A stretch of 64,000 nucleotides of DNA from Ranitomeya imitator (GCF_032444005.1 NC_091282.1:2728001-2792000); one strand, 5' to 3'; shown: positions 35,701-48,177, numbered from the stretch's first letter. A program made the numbers and translations. The notes: a model not told the origin generated them from the sequence alone.

Positions 35701-38700
35701 TCTTCTCCTCAGTCACTTCCCGGTGTTTTGCTTCTCCCTTCTCACAGTCTTTACATTCAGTTACCGATGTTTCTCCTCTTTCTCTTGCCATCTCCTCCTC
35801 CGTCACTTCCCAGTGATTCCCTCTTCTCTGCCATTGTTTTCTCACTCACTTCCCGCTGTGTTTTGCCTCTCCTCAGTCACTTCCCGGGGTTTCGCTTCTC
35901 CTTTCTCAGTGTTTGCAGGCACTTACCGATGTTTATCCTCTTTCTCTTGCCGTCTTCTCCTCAGTCACTTCCCAGTGTTTCACCTCTCCTTTCTCTTTTT
36001 TCTGAGTTACTTCCCCGTGTTTTGCATTTCCTCTCGCTGTCTCCTCCTCATTCACTTCCCTGTGTTTCCCTCTCCTCTGTCATCGTTTTCTCACTCACTT
36101 TCCTCAGTATTTTTCTTCTCCTCAGTCACTTCCCAGTGTTTCACCTCTCCTTTTTCTGTCTTCTCAGTTACTTCCCCGGATTTCACATTTCCTCTCGCTG
36201 TCTCCTCCTCAGTCACTTCCCGGTGTTTCCCTCTCCTCTGTCATCGTTTTCTCACTCACTTTCCTCAGTATTTTTCCTCTCCTCAGTCACCTCCCTGTTT
36301 CCCTCTCCTCTGTCATCGTTTTCTCACTTTCCTCAGTATTTTTCCTCTCCTCAGTCACCTCCCTGTGTTTCCCTCTCCTCTGTCATCGTTTTCTCACTTT
36401 CCTCAGTATTTTACCTCTCCTCAGTCACCTCCCTGTGTTTCCCTCTCCTCTCTCATCGTTTTCTCACTTTCCTCAGTATTTTACCTCTCCTCAGTCACCT
36501 CCCTGTGTTTCCCTCTCCTCTGTCATCGTTTTCTCACTCACTTTCCTCAGTATTTTTCCTCTCCTCAGTCACCTCCCTGTGTTTCCCTCTCCTCTCTCAT
36601 CGTTTTCTCACTTTCCTCAGTGTTTTTCCTCTCCTCAGTCACTTCCCTGTGTTTCCCTCTCCTCTCTCATCGTTTTCTCACTTTCCTCAGTATTTTTCCT
36701 CTCCTCAGTCACCTCCCTGTGTTTCCCTCTCCTCTCTCATCTTTTTCTCACTTTCCTCAGTATTTTTCCTCTCCTCAGTCACCTCCCTGTGTTTCCCTCT
36801 CCTCTGTCATCGTTTTCTCACTTTCCTCAGTATTTTTCCTCTCCTCAGTCACCTCCCTGTGTTTCCCTCTCCTCTGTCATCGTTTTCTCACTTTCCTCAG
36901 TATTTTTCCTCTCCTCAGTCACCTCCCTGTTTCCCTCTCCTCTGTCATCGTTTTCTCACTTTCCTCAGTATTTTTCCCCTCCTCAGTCACCTCCCTGTTT
37001 CCCTATCCTCTGTCATCGTTTTCTCACTCACTTTCCTCAGTATTTTTTCTCTCCTCAGTCACTTCCCGGTGTTTCCCTCTCCTCTGTCATCGTTTTCTCA
37101 CTCACTTTCCTCAGTATTTTTCCTCTCCTCAGTCACTTCCCGGGGTTTCCCTATCCTCTGTCATCGTTTTCTCACTCACTTTCCTCAATATTTTTCCTCT
37201 CCTCAGTCACTTTCCGGTGTTTCCCTCTCCTCTGTCATCGTTTTCTCACTCACTTTCCTCAGTGTTTTTCCTCTCCTCAGTCACTTTCCGGTGTTTCCCT
37301 CTCCTCTGTCATCGTTTTCTCACTCACTTTCCTCAGTGTTTTTCCTCTCCTCAGTCACTTTCCGGTGTTTCCCTCTCCTCTGTCATCGTTTTCTCACTTT
37401 CCTCAGTATTTTTCCTCTCCTCAGTCACCTCCCTGTGTTTCCCTCTCTCTCATCGTTTTCTCACTTTCCTCAGTGTTTTTCCTCTCCTCAGTCACCTCCC
37501 TGTGTTTCCCTCTCTCTCATCGTTTTCTCACTTTCCTCAGTGTTTTTCCTCTCCTCAGTCACCTCCCTGTGTTTCTCTCTCCTCTGTCATTGTTTTCTCA
37601 CTCACTTTCCTCAGTATTTTTCCTCTCCTCAGTCACCTCCCTGTGTTTCTCTCTCCTCTGTCATCGTTTTCTCCCTTTCCTCAGTATTTTTCCTCTCCTC
37701 AGTCACTTCCCGGTGTTTCCCTCTCCTCTGTCATCGTTTTCTCACTCACTTTCCTCAGTATTTTTCCTCTCCTCAGTCACTTCCCGGTGTTTCCCTCTCC
37801 TCTGTCATCGTTTTCTCACTTTCCTCAGTATTTTCCCTCTCCTCCGTCACTTCCCTGTGTTTCCCTCTCCTCTCATCGTTTTCTCACTCACTTTCCTCAA
37901 TATTTTTCCTCTCCTCAGTCACCTCCCTGTGCTTCCCTCTCCTCTGTCATCGTTTTCTCACTCACTTTCCTCAGTGTTTTTCCTCTCCTCAGTCACTTCC
38001 CTGTGTTTCCCTCTCCTCTGTCATCATTTTCTCACTCACTTTCCTCAGTATTTTTCCTCTCCTCGGTCACCTCCCGGTGTTTCCCTCTCCTCTGTCATCG
38101 TTTTCTCACTTTCCTCAGTATTTTTCCTCTCCTCAGTCACCTCCTGTGTTTCCCTCTCCTCTGTCATCGTTTTCTCACTTTCCTCAGCATTTTTCCTCTC
38201 CTCAGTCACCTCCCTGTGTTTCCCTCTCCTCTGTCATCGTTTTCTCACTTTCCTCAGTATTTTTCCTCTCCTCAGTCACCTCCCTGTGTTTCCCTCTCCT
38301 CTGTCATCGTTTTCTCACTTTCCTCAGTATTTTTCCTCTCCTCAGTCACTTCCCTGTGTTTCCCTCTCCTCTCTCATCGTTTTCTCACTTTCCTCAGTGT
38401 TTTTCCTCTCCTCAGTCACCTCCCTGTGTTTCCGTCTCCTCTGTCATCGTTTTCTCACTTTCCTCAGTGTTTTTCCTCTCCTCAGTCACCTCCCTGTGTT
38501 TCCCTCTCCTCTGTCATCGTTTTCTCACTCACTTTCCTCAGTATTTTTCCTCTCCTCAGTCACCTCCCTGTGTTTCTCTCTCCTCTGTCATCGTTTTCTC
38601 ACTTTCCTCAGTATTTTTCCTCTCCTCAGTCACTTCCCTGTGTTTCCCTCTCCTCTGTCATCTTTTTCTCACTTTCCTCAGTATTTTTCCTCTCCTCAGT

Positions 38701-40440
38701 CACTTCCCTGTGTTTCCCTCTCCTCTGTCATCGTTTTCTCACTCACTTTCCTCAGTGTTTTTCCTCTCCTCAGTCACTTCCCTGTGTTTCCCTCTCCTCT
38801 GTCATCGTTTTCTCACTCACTTTCCTCAGTGTTTTTCCTCTCCTCAGTCACTTCCCTGTGTTTCCCTCTCCTCTGTCATCATTTTCTCACTCACTTTCCT
38901 CAGTATTTTTCCTCTCCTCGGTCACCTCCCGGTGTTTCCCTCTCCTCTGTCATCGTTTTCTCACTTTCCTCAGTATTTTTCCTCTCCTCAGTCACTTCCC
39001 TGTGTTTCTCTCTCCTCTGTCATCGTTTTCTCTCACTTTCCTCAGTATTTTTCCTCTCCTCAGTCACCTCCCTGTGTTTCCCTCTCCTCTGTCATCGTTT
39101 TCTCACTTTCCTCAGTATTTTTCCTCTCCTCAGTCACCTCCCTGTGTTTCTCTCTCCTCTGTCATCGTTTTCTCACTTTCCTCAGTATTTTTCCTCTCCT
39201 CAGTCACTTCCCTGTGTTTCCCTCTCCTCTGTCATCGTTTTCTCACTCACTTTCCTCAGTATTTTTCCTCTCCTCAGTCACCTCCCTGTGTTTCTCTCTC
39301 CTCTGTCATCGTTTTCTCACTTTCCTCAGTATTTTTCCTCTCCTCAGTCACTTCCCTGTGTTTCCCTCTCCTCTGTCATCGTTTTCTCACTCACTTTCCT
39401 CAGTATTTTTCCTCTCCTCAGTCACCTCCCTGTGTTTCCCTCTCCTCTGTCATCGTTTTCTCACTTTCCTCAGTATTTTTCCTCTCCTCAGTCACTTCCC
39501 TGTGTTTCTCTCTCCTCTGTCATCGTTTTCTTTCTCACTTTCCTCAATATTTTTCCTCTCCTCAGTCACTTCCCTGTGTTTCTCTCTCCTCTGTCATCGT
39601 TTTCTCTCTCACTTTCCTCAGTATTTTTCCTCTCCTCAGTCACCTCCCTGTGTTTCCCTCTCCTCTGTCATCGTTTTCTCACTTTCCTCAGTATTTTTCC
39701 TCTCCTCAGTCACCTCCCTGTGTTTCTCTCTCCTCTGTCATCGTTTTCTCACTTTCCTCAGTATTTTTCCTCTCCTCAGTCACTTCCCTGTGTTTCCCTC
39801 TCCTCTGTCATCGTTTTCTCACTCACTTTCCTCAGTATTTTTCCTCTCCTGTCACCTCCCTGTGTTTCCCTCTCCTCTGTCATCGTTTTCTCACTTTCCT
39901 CAGTATTTTTCCTCTCCTCAGTCACCTCCCTGTGTTTCCCTCTCCTCTGTCATCGTTTTCTCTCTCACTTTCCTCAGTATTTTTCCTCTCCTCAGTCACC
40001 TCCCTGTGTTTCTCTCTCCTCTGTCATCGTTTTCTCACTTTCCTTAGTATTTTTCCTCTCCTCAGTCACTTCCCTTTGTTTCCCTCTCCTCTGTCATCGT
40101 TTTCTCACTCACTTTCCTCAGTATTTTTCCTCTCCTCAGTCACCTCCCTGTGTTTCTCCCTCCTCTGTCATCGTTTTCTCACTTTCCTCAGTATTTTTCC
40201 TCTCCTCAGTCACCTCCCTGTGTTTCTCTCTCCTCTGTCATCGTTTTCTCACTTTCCTCAGTATTTTTCCTCTCCTCAGTCACTTCCCTGTGTTTCCCTC
40301 TCCTCTGTCATCGTTTTCTCACTCACTTTCCTCAGTATTTTTCCTCTCCTGTCACCTCCCTGTGTTTCCCTCTCCTCTGTCATCGTTTTCTCACTTTCCT
40401 CAGTGTTTTTCCTCTCCTCAGTCACTTCTCGGTGCTTCGC
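32800..40440. repeat. Pyrimidine-rich satellite: degenerate from 32800 to ~36200, then a homogeneous 70/74-bp unit (~60 copies)
   Basis: The core CTCCTCAGTCAC(T/C)TCCC recurs throughout. ctgtcatcgt occurs at 38161 and 38231 (period 70). Confidence 0.93.
33244..33937 (+). mobile_element. 5'-truncated CR1 copy 4 inside the satellite
   Basis: Matches the ORF2 C-terminus, 3' UTR and TATGTTAC tail. It is more diverged than copies 1-3 and has possible TATT duplication. Confidence 0.92.
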
Positions 40441-41229
40441 CTCCTGCCCTGCTTTTGGTTTCTTCGTACTTTTTTTTCCCTCCTTTTCACCAGTAAATAT
40501 TTATTGTCTGGTTTTGCACACAGTTTTTTCATGTAATACACGTTTTCTCTCTCTGCAGTTGTCCATTTTCTCACAACTCGTACCTCTCGCGCTCCTTTTC
40601 CTATTTCACCGGTGGTTGGATTCATGATGTGCCTCCAGGATTACTGGCAGAGTTGGTGAATGAGGGAGTGGCTGAGGACTGGAGGAAATTGCAGTTTCAG
40701 GGATCTCTGACAGGGGGCGCTTTGTCCTGGACATCATACCCTGGCTCATCATATGGCTGTCTGATCTATCCCAGAGGAGCAGCTATGAATCAGCTTTGTA
40801 TCCAGCTAAAATAATGATAAGACATTCATCCTGGTCATCTCCTTGTTTCCTCCGTCTCGTTGTTCTCTGCTGTATGTGGGGTCACCTGTATTGCCCATCT
40901 TTGCTATATGGGGGGCTCCTGTGTACCTTCTTTGTTGTATGTTGTGGTCTCCTCTCTCCCTGTCCTTTCTCACTAGATGGGGTCTCTGCTTTCTCTCCGT
41001 CCTCCTCTCTGAGGTCTCTGGATGTGTTTTTGGCTTCCTTATCCTGGGTCAGATTTCCAGCAATGTCTCGTGGATGAATGTCATGAACTGGGAGTGAAAT
41101 TGCACGGAGATCCGGCTGTTTATGAGCTAAAAGAGCGAATCCAGCAAGTGAGCACTGGACACCACGAGCAAAGTAAGCTGGGTGTATATGGGGCTGATGA
41201 CTGTATAGAGTATTCTATATATGGCTGAC

Positions 41230-42620
41230 TGTAGGCGCACCTGAATAAGGGACCGCCGAATGTAGGCGCACCTGAATAAGTGACCGCCGGATGTAGGCAC
41301 ACCTGAGTAAGCGACCACCGAATGTAGGCACACCTGAGTAAGTGACCACCGAATGTAGACGCACCTAAATAAGTGACCGCCGAATGTAGGCGCACCTGAA
41401 TAAGGGACCACCGAATGTAGGCACACCTGAGTAAGCGACCACCGAATGTAGGCACACCTGAGTAAGTGACCACCGAATGTAGACGCACCTAAATAAGTGA
41501 CCACCGAATGTAGGCGCACCTGAATAAGCGACTGCCGAATGTAGGCGCACCTGAATAAGTGACCGCCGAATGTAGGCGCACCTGAATAAGTGACCGCTGA
41601 ATGTAGGCACACCTGAATAAGTGACCGCTGAATGTAGGCGTACCTGAATAAGTGACCGCCGAATGTAGGCGCACCTGAATAAGTGACCGCCGAATGTAGG
41701 CGCACCTGAATAAGTGACCGCCGAATGTAGGCGCACCTAAATAAGCGACTGCCGAATGTAGGCGCACCTGAATAAGCAACCACCGAATGTAGGCGCACCT
41801 GAATAAGTGACCGCCGAATGTAGGCGCACCTAAATAAGCGACTGCCGAATGTAGGCGCACCTGAATAAGCAACCACCGAATGTAGGCGCACCTGAATAAG
41901 TGACCGCTGAATGTAGGCGCACCTGAATAAGTGACCGCCGAATGTAGGCGCACCTGAATAAGTGACCGCCGAATGTAGGCGCACCTGAATAGGCGACCGC
42001 TGAATGTAGGTGCACCTAAATAAGCGACCGCCGAATGTAGGTACACCTGAATAAGGGACCGCTGAATGTAGGCGCACCTGAATAAGGGACCGCCGTATGT
42101 AGGCACACCTGAATAAGGGACCGCTGAATGTAGGCGCACCTGAATAAGCAACCACCGAATGTAGGCGCACCTGAATAAGTGACCGCCGAATGTAGGCGCA
42201 CCTGAATAAGTGACCGCCGAATGTAGGCGCACCTGAATAAGTGACCGCCGAATGTAGGCGCACCTGAATAGGCGACCGCTGAATGTAGGCGCACCTAAAT
42301 AAGCGACCGCCGAATGTAGGTACACCTGAATAAGGGACCGCTGAATGTAGGCGCACCTGAATAAGGGACCGCCGTATGTAGGCGCACCTGAATAAGGGAC
42401 CGCTGAATGTAGGCGCACCTGAATAAGCAACCACCGAATGTAGGTACACCTGAATAAGGGACCGCTGAATGTAGGTGCACCTGAATAAGGGACCGCCGTA
42501 TGTAGGCGCACCTGAATAAGGGACCGCCGAATGTAGGCGCACCTGAATAAGGGACCGCCGAATGTAGGCGCACCTGAATAAGGGACCGCCGAATGTAGGC
42601 GCACCTGAATAAGCGACCGC
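41230..42620. repeat. 31-bp minisatellite (GAATGTAGGCGCACCTGAATAAGTGACCGCC), about 45 copies, with a 279-bp (9-mer) block
   Basis: The unit starts at 41661 and 41692. ORF breakpoints at 42015 and 42294 recur at 279 bp. Confidence 0.93.
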
Positions 42621-42869
42621 TTCTAATTGACCCATTAGGGCCGTTATCCCCAATAACAGATTGCCCAGAATTCCCAGCCGGTAGCTCCTCAAGACTTTTT
42701 CTGGGTAGCTCCAAGAAAACTCCCTTCCATCTTTATCATCTGGCACCTGAGGGTTTATTGCTTCCCCTTATTCGAGGTGATCGTCCACAGAAAGCCAGAT
42801 ATTCTTCTGAATATATTCAGCGAGGGCATTTTTTCTCTCCATCTGCCGATCATTTAGAATGGGTGCGCC

Positions 42870-43130
42870 CTTTCTTTGTTCTGTATGGCTCCCACTAACC
42901 CTGCGCATGCAGTCTCCTATATCTATAAGCTTCTATTAGATAGTGGTCCGGATATGCTTCCCCCTGATTGTAAGGCGTGGGAAGAGAGCTCCATCAAACC
43001 TTCACAAGAAAGCAATGGTATAAATGTTTCCATCTCATAAATCTTATGTAGCCACTAAAGCTCAGGAAACTAGTTATAAAATATTATCTAGATGGTTTCC
43101 TGTTCCTTACATAAATGGTTCCCAAGAGTA
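42870..43130 (+). pseudogene. Old L1-like ORF2 C-terminal fragment
   Basis: Reads ...QETSYKILSRW..VP..LHKWFP across frameshifts, resembling the pre-CCHC region of L1 ORF2. Confidence 0.45.
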
Positions 43131-43340
43131 AAAAAAATCCGTGTACGGATAATTAAGAGAATTGGAATGGGAGCGTGTCCTAGCTGGCCATGTGAGTGGA
43201 AGCAGGGAAGAGTGCTCCTGCTGCCAGAAGGACAAAAATCCTGCTTTAACCCCGATTTTCGGGTAACCTCACCTAAATCCGGCTGGCTGAAGGTCCGGAG
43301 AGTGCAGCAGTGCGGAGCAGCAGGTCCGGAGTCGGCAGCG

Positions 43341-44019
43341 ATGACCAGGAGGCGGCAGAAAGACGCTGGCACCAGCGATGCAGGAGCTGGCCAAGATGGC
43401 TCCGATGCTAGGGAGGACGCCGAGAAGGAGAACGCCGCATGTCAGCGGCGCATGGAGGTGGCCGCAAAGCTGCAGCAGTATGCCAGAGTGGAGGCTGCTG
43501 AGGAGGCAGAACCAGGATCTGGAGCTGGAGCTGACCAGGAGGAGGAGGAAGCAAGCACAGCCGAGCAGCATGAGGTACAGAGGGGGAAGGAGAGAGGCAG
43601 CATGGCTGGGGCTAGTGGGGGACCTGAAGCCATATCACAGGGAGAGGAGCCGACTCTTAGAGATGTTATCACACTGATCTCTTCATGTCAGCAATCCCTG
43701 AACTCCTTGGCCCAGCAGATGCAGGAAGTTAAAGGGGACACGGCACAGATTAATGCGGCTCTGCAGAAAATGGACAAACGTATAGGAGTGGTGGAGGAGA
43801 GGGTGAGCACGGCAGAAGATCACATAGTTAAGCTACAAAAAGCTGAAAAGAAGTTCGCCCAAGCAATAGCCGAGCTCGCTGCCAAAAATGAGGATCTGGA
43901 AAATAGATCCAGAAGAAATAATATACGTATAGTGGGGCTGCCTGAAAAGACTGAGGGGAGAAATCCCACTGAGTTTGTGGAGAACTGGCTGCTGGAGAAG
44001 ATTGGGAACACAGTGTTGA
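43341..44019 (+). pseudogene. L1 ORF1, N-terminal part (coiled coil to RRM start)
   Basis: LENRSRRNNIRIVGLPEKTEG, the L1 ORF1p signature. The frame resumes at 52258. Confidence 0.9.
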
Positions 44020-44024
44020 TTCAA

Positions 44025-47000
44025 GGGATTCAAGCTTCAGGAGGCTAATTTGCATATTCCAGGTGCCTTCTGGGAGAAGCGAAGTCTCCCTAAGCTAGAA
44101 GATCGTTGGGTACAGCCGGGACCAGCTGCTTCGAAAGCATCACCAAACCAGGGATTCAAGCTTCAGGAGGCTAATTTGCATATTCCAGGTGCCTTCTGGG
44201 AGAAGCGAAGTCTCCCTAAGCTAGAAGATCGTTGGGTACAGCCGGGACCAGCTGCTTCGAAAGCATCACCAAACCAGGGATTCAAGCTTCAGGAGGCTAA
44301 TTTGCATATTCCAGGTGCCTTCTGGGAGAAGCGAAGTCTCCCTAAGCTAGAAGATCGTTGGGTACAGCCGGGACCAGCTGCTTCGAAAGCATCACCAAAC
44401 CAGGGATTCAAGCTTCAGGAGGCTAATTTGCATATTCCAGGTGCCTTCTGGGAGAAGCGAAGTCTCCCTAAGCTAGAAGATCGTTGGGTACAGCCGGGAC
44501 CAGCTGCTTCGAAAGCATCACCAAACCAGGGATTCAAGCTTCAGGAGGCTAATTTGCATATTCCAGGTGCCTTCTGGGAGAAGCGAAGTCTCCCTAAGCT
44601 AGAAGATCGTTGGGTACAGCCGGGACCAGCTGCTTCGAAAGCATCACCAAACCAGGGATTCAAGCTTCAGGAGGCTAATTTGCATATTCCAGGTGCCTTC
44701 TGGGAGAAGCGAAGTCTCCCTAAGCTAGAAGATCGTTGGGTACAGCCGGGACCAGCTGCTTCGAAAGCATCACCAAACCAGGGATTCAAGCTTCAGGAGG
44801 CTAATTTGCATATTCCAGGTGCCTTCTGGGAGAAGCGAAGTCTCCCTAAGCTAGAAGATCGTTGGGTACAGCCGGGACCAGCTGCTTTGAAAGCATCACC
44901 AAACCAGGGATTCAAGCTTCAGGAGGCTAATTTGCATATTCCAGGTGCCTTCTGGGAGAAGCGAAGTCTCCCTAAGCTAGAAGATCGTTGGGTACAGCCG
45001 GGACCAGCTGCTTCGAAAGCATCACCAAACCAGGGATTCAAGCTTCAGGAGGCTAATTTGCATATTCCAGGTGCCTTCTGGGAGAAGCGAAGTCTCCCTA
45101 AGCTAGAAGATCGTTGGGTACAGCCGGGACCAGCTGCTTCGAAAGCATCACCAAACCAGGGATTCAAGCTTCAGGAGGCTAATTTGCATATTCCAGGTGC
45201 CTTCTGGGAGAAGCGAAGTCTCCCTAAGCTAGAAGATCGTTGGGTACAGCCGGGACCAGCTGCTTCGAAAGCATCACCAAACCAGGGATTCAAGCTTCAG
45301 GAGGCTAATTTGCATATTCCAGGTGCCTTCTGGGAGAAGCGAAGTCTCCCTAAGCTAGAAGATCGTTGGGTACAGCCGGGACCAGCTGCTTCGAAAGCAT
45401 CACCAAACCAGGGATTCAAGCTTCAGGAGGCTAATTTGCATATTCCAGGTGCCTTCTGGGAGAAGCGAAGTCTCCCTAAGCTAGAAGATCGTTGGGTACA
45501 GCCGGGACCAGCTGCTTCGAAAGCATCACCAAACCAGGGATTCAAGCTTCAGGAGGCTAATTTGCATATTCCAGGTGCCTTCTGGGAGAAGCGAAGTCTC
45601 CCTAAGCTAGAAGATCGTTGGGTACAGCCGGGACCAGCTGCTTCGAAAGCATCACCAAACCAGGGATTCAAGCTTCAGGAGGCTAATTTGCATATTCCAG
45701 GTGCCTTCTGGGAGAAGCGAAGTCTCCCTAAGCTAGAAGATCGTTGGGTACAGCCAGGACCAGCTGCTTCGAAAGCATCACCAAACCAGGGATTCAAGCT
45801 TCAGGAGGCTAATTTGCATATTCCAGGTGCCTTCTGGGAGAAGCGAAGTCTCCCTAAGCTAGAAGATCGTTGGGTACAGCCGGGACCAGCTGCTTCGAAA
45901 GCATCACCAAACCAGGGATTCAAGCTTCAGGAGGCTAATTTGCATATTCCAGGTGCCTTCTGGGAGAAGCGAAGTCTCCCTAAGCTAGAAGATCGTTGGG
46001 TACAGCCGGGACCAGCTGCTTCGAAAGCATCACCAAACCAGGGATTCAAGCTTCAGGAGGCTAATTTGCATATTCCAGGTGCCTTCTGGGAGAAGCGAAG
46101 TCTCCCTAAGCTAGAAGATCGTTGGGTACAGCCGGGACCAGCTGCTTCGAAAGCATCACCAAACCAGGGATTCAAGCTTCAGGAGGCTAATTTGCATATT
46201 CCAGGTGCCTTCTGGGAGAAGCGAAGTCTCCCTAAGCTAGAAGATCGTTGGGTACAGCCGGGACCAGCTGCTTCGAAAGCATCACCAAACCAGGGATTCA
46301 AGCTTCAGGAGGCTAATTTGCATATTCCAGGTGCCTTCTGGGAGAAGCGAAGTCTCCCTAAGCTAGAAGATCGTTGGGTACAGCCGGGACCAGCTGCTTC
46401 GAAAGCATCACCAAACCAGGGATTCAAGCTTCAGGAGGCTAATTTGCATATTCCAGGTGCCTTCTGGGAGAAGCGAAGTCTCCCTAAGCTAGAAGATCGT
46501 TGGGTACAGCCGGGACCAGCTGCTTCGAAAGCATCACCAAACCAGGGATTCAAGCTTCAGGAGGCTAATTTGCATATTCCAGGTGCCTTCTGGGAGAAGC
46601 GAAGTCTCCCTAAGCTAGAAGATCGTTGGGTACAGCCGGGACCAGCTGCTTCGAAAGCATCACCAAACCAGGGATTCAAGCTTCAGGAGGCTAATTTGCA
46701 TATTCCAGGTGCCTTCTGGGAGAAGCGAAGTCTCCCTAAGCTAGAAGATCGTTGGGTACAGCCGGGACCAGCTGCTTCGAAAGCATCACCAAACCAGGGA
46801 TTCAAGCTTCAGGAGGCTAATTTGCATATTCCAGGTGCCTTCTGGGAGAAGCGAAGTCTCCCTAAGCTAGAAGATCGTTGGGTACAGCCGGGACCAGCTG
46901 CTTCGAAAGCATCACCAAACCAGGGATTCAAGCTTCAGGAGGCTAATTTGCATATTCCAGGTGCCTTCTGGGAGAAGCGAAGTCTCCCTAAGCTAGAAGA

Positions 47001-48177
47001 TCGTTGGGTACAGCCGGGACCAGCTGCTTCGAAAGCATCACCAAACCAGGGATTCAAGCTTCAGGAGGCTAATTTGCATATTCCAGGTGCCTTCTGGGAG
47101 AAGCGAAGTCTCCCTAAGCTAGAAGATCGTTGGGTACAGCCAGGACCAGCTGCTTCGAAAGCATCACCAAACCAGGGATTCAAGCTTCAGGAGGCTAATT
47201 TGCATATTCCAGGTGCCTTCTGGGAGAAGCGAAGTCTCCCTAAGCTAGAAGATCGTTGGGTACAGCCGGGACCAGCTGCTTCGAAAGCATCACCAAACCA
47301 GGGATTCAAGCTTCAGGAGGCTAATTTGCATATTCCAGGTGCCTTCTGGGAGAAGCGAAGTCTCCCTAAGCTAGAAGATCGTTGGGTACAGCCGGGACCA
47401 GCTGCTTCGAAAGCATCACCAAACCAGGGATTCAAGCTTCAGGAGGCTAATTTGCATATTCCAGGTGCCTTCTGGGAGAAGCGAAGTCTCCCTAAGCTAG
47501 AAGATCGTTGGGTACAGCCGGGACCAGCTGCTTCGAAAGCATCACCAAACCAGGGATTCAAGCTTCAGGAGGCTAATTTGCATATTCCAGGTGCCTTCTG
47601 GGAGAAGCGAAGTCTCCCTAAGCTAGAAGATCGTTGGGTACAGCCGGGACCAGCTGCTTCGAAAGCATCACCAAACCAGGGATTCAAGCTTCAGGAGGCT
47701 AATTTGGATATTCCAGGTGCCTTCTGGGAGAAGCGAAGTCTCCCTAAGCTAGAAGATCGTTGGGTACAGCCGGGACCAGCTGCTTCGAAAGCATCACCAA
47801 ACCAGGGATTCAAGCTTCAGGAGGCTAATTTGCATATTCCAGGTGCCTTCTGGGAGAAGCGAAGTCTCCCTAAGCTAGAAGATCGTTGGGTACAGCCGGG
47901 ACCAGCTGCTTCGAAAGCATCACCAAACCAGGGATTCAAGCTTCAGGAGGCTAATTTGCATATTCCAGGTGCCTTCTGGGAGAAGCGAAGTCTCCCTAAG
48001 CTAGAAGATCGTTGGGTACAGCCGGGACCAGCTGCTTCGAAAGCATCACCAAACCAGGGATTCAAGCTTCAGGAGGCTAATTTGCATATTCCAGGTGCCT
48101 TCTGGGAGAAGCGAAGTCTCCCTAAGCTAGAAGATCGTTGGGTACAGCCGGGACCAGCTGCTTGGAAAGCATCACCA
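44025..48177 (+). repeat. 33 tandem copies of the 126-bp CR1 5' monomer (putative promoter/enhancer array)
   Basis: GGGATTCAAG starts at 44025, 44151, ... 48057, giving 32 intervals of 126 bp. ATTTGCAT is present in 32 of 33 units. Confidence 0.97.

Noticed and set aside
35657-40627. 1353-1656-aa ORFs in three frames
   Set aside because: The CT-rich satellite lacks stop codons on this strand; the peptides are low-complexity F/S/L/P repeats.
41127-42746. 539-aa and related minus-strand ORFs
   Set aside because: Products of the 31-bp minisatellite.
45756-47142. 11-monomer higher-order repeat in the CR1 array (same G>A variant 1386 bp apart)
   Set aside because: It rests on a single shared variant at a CpG, which can recur independently; other variants do not repeat at this spacing.
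44025-48177. CRISPR-like or prokaryotic RT-associated array
   Set aside because: The units are contiguous and near-identical with no unique spacers, there are no cas genes, and the adjacent RT is an ordinary APE-type CR1 ORF2.
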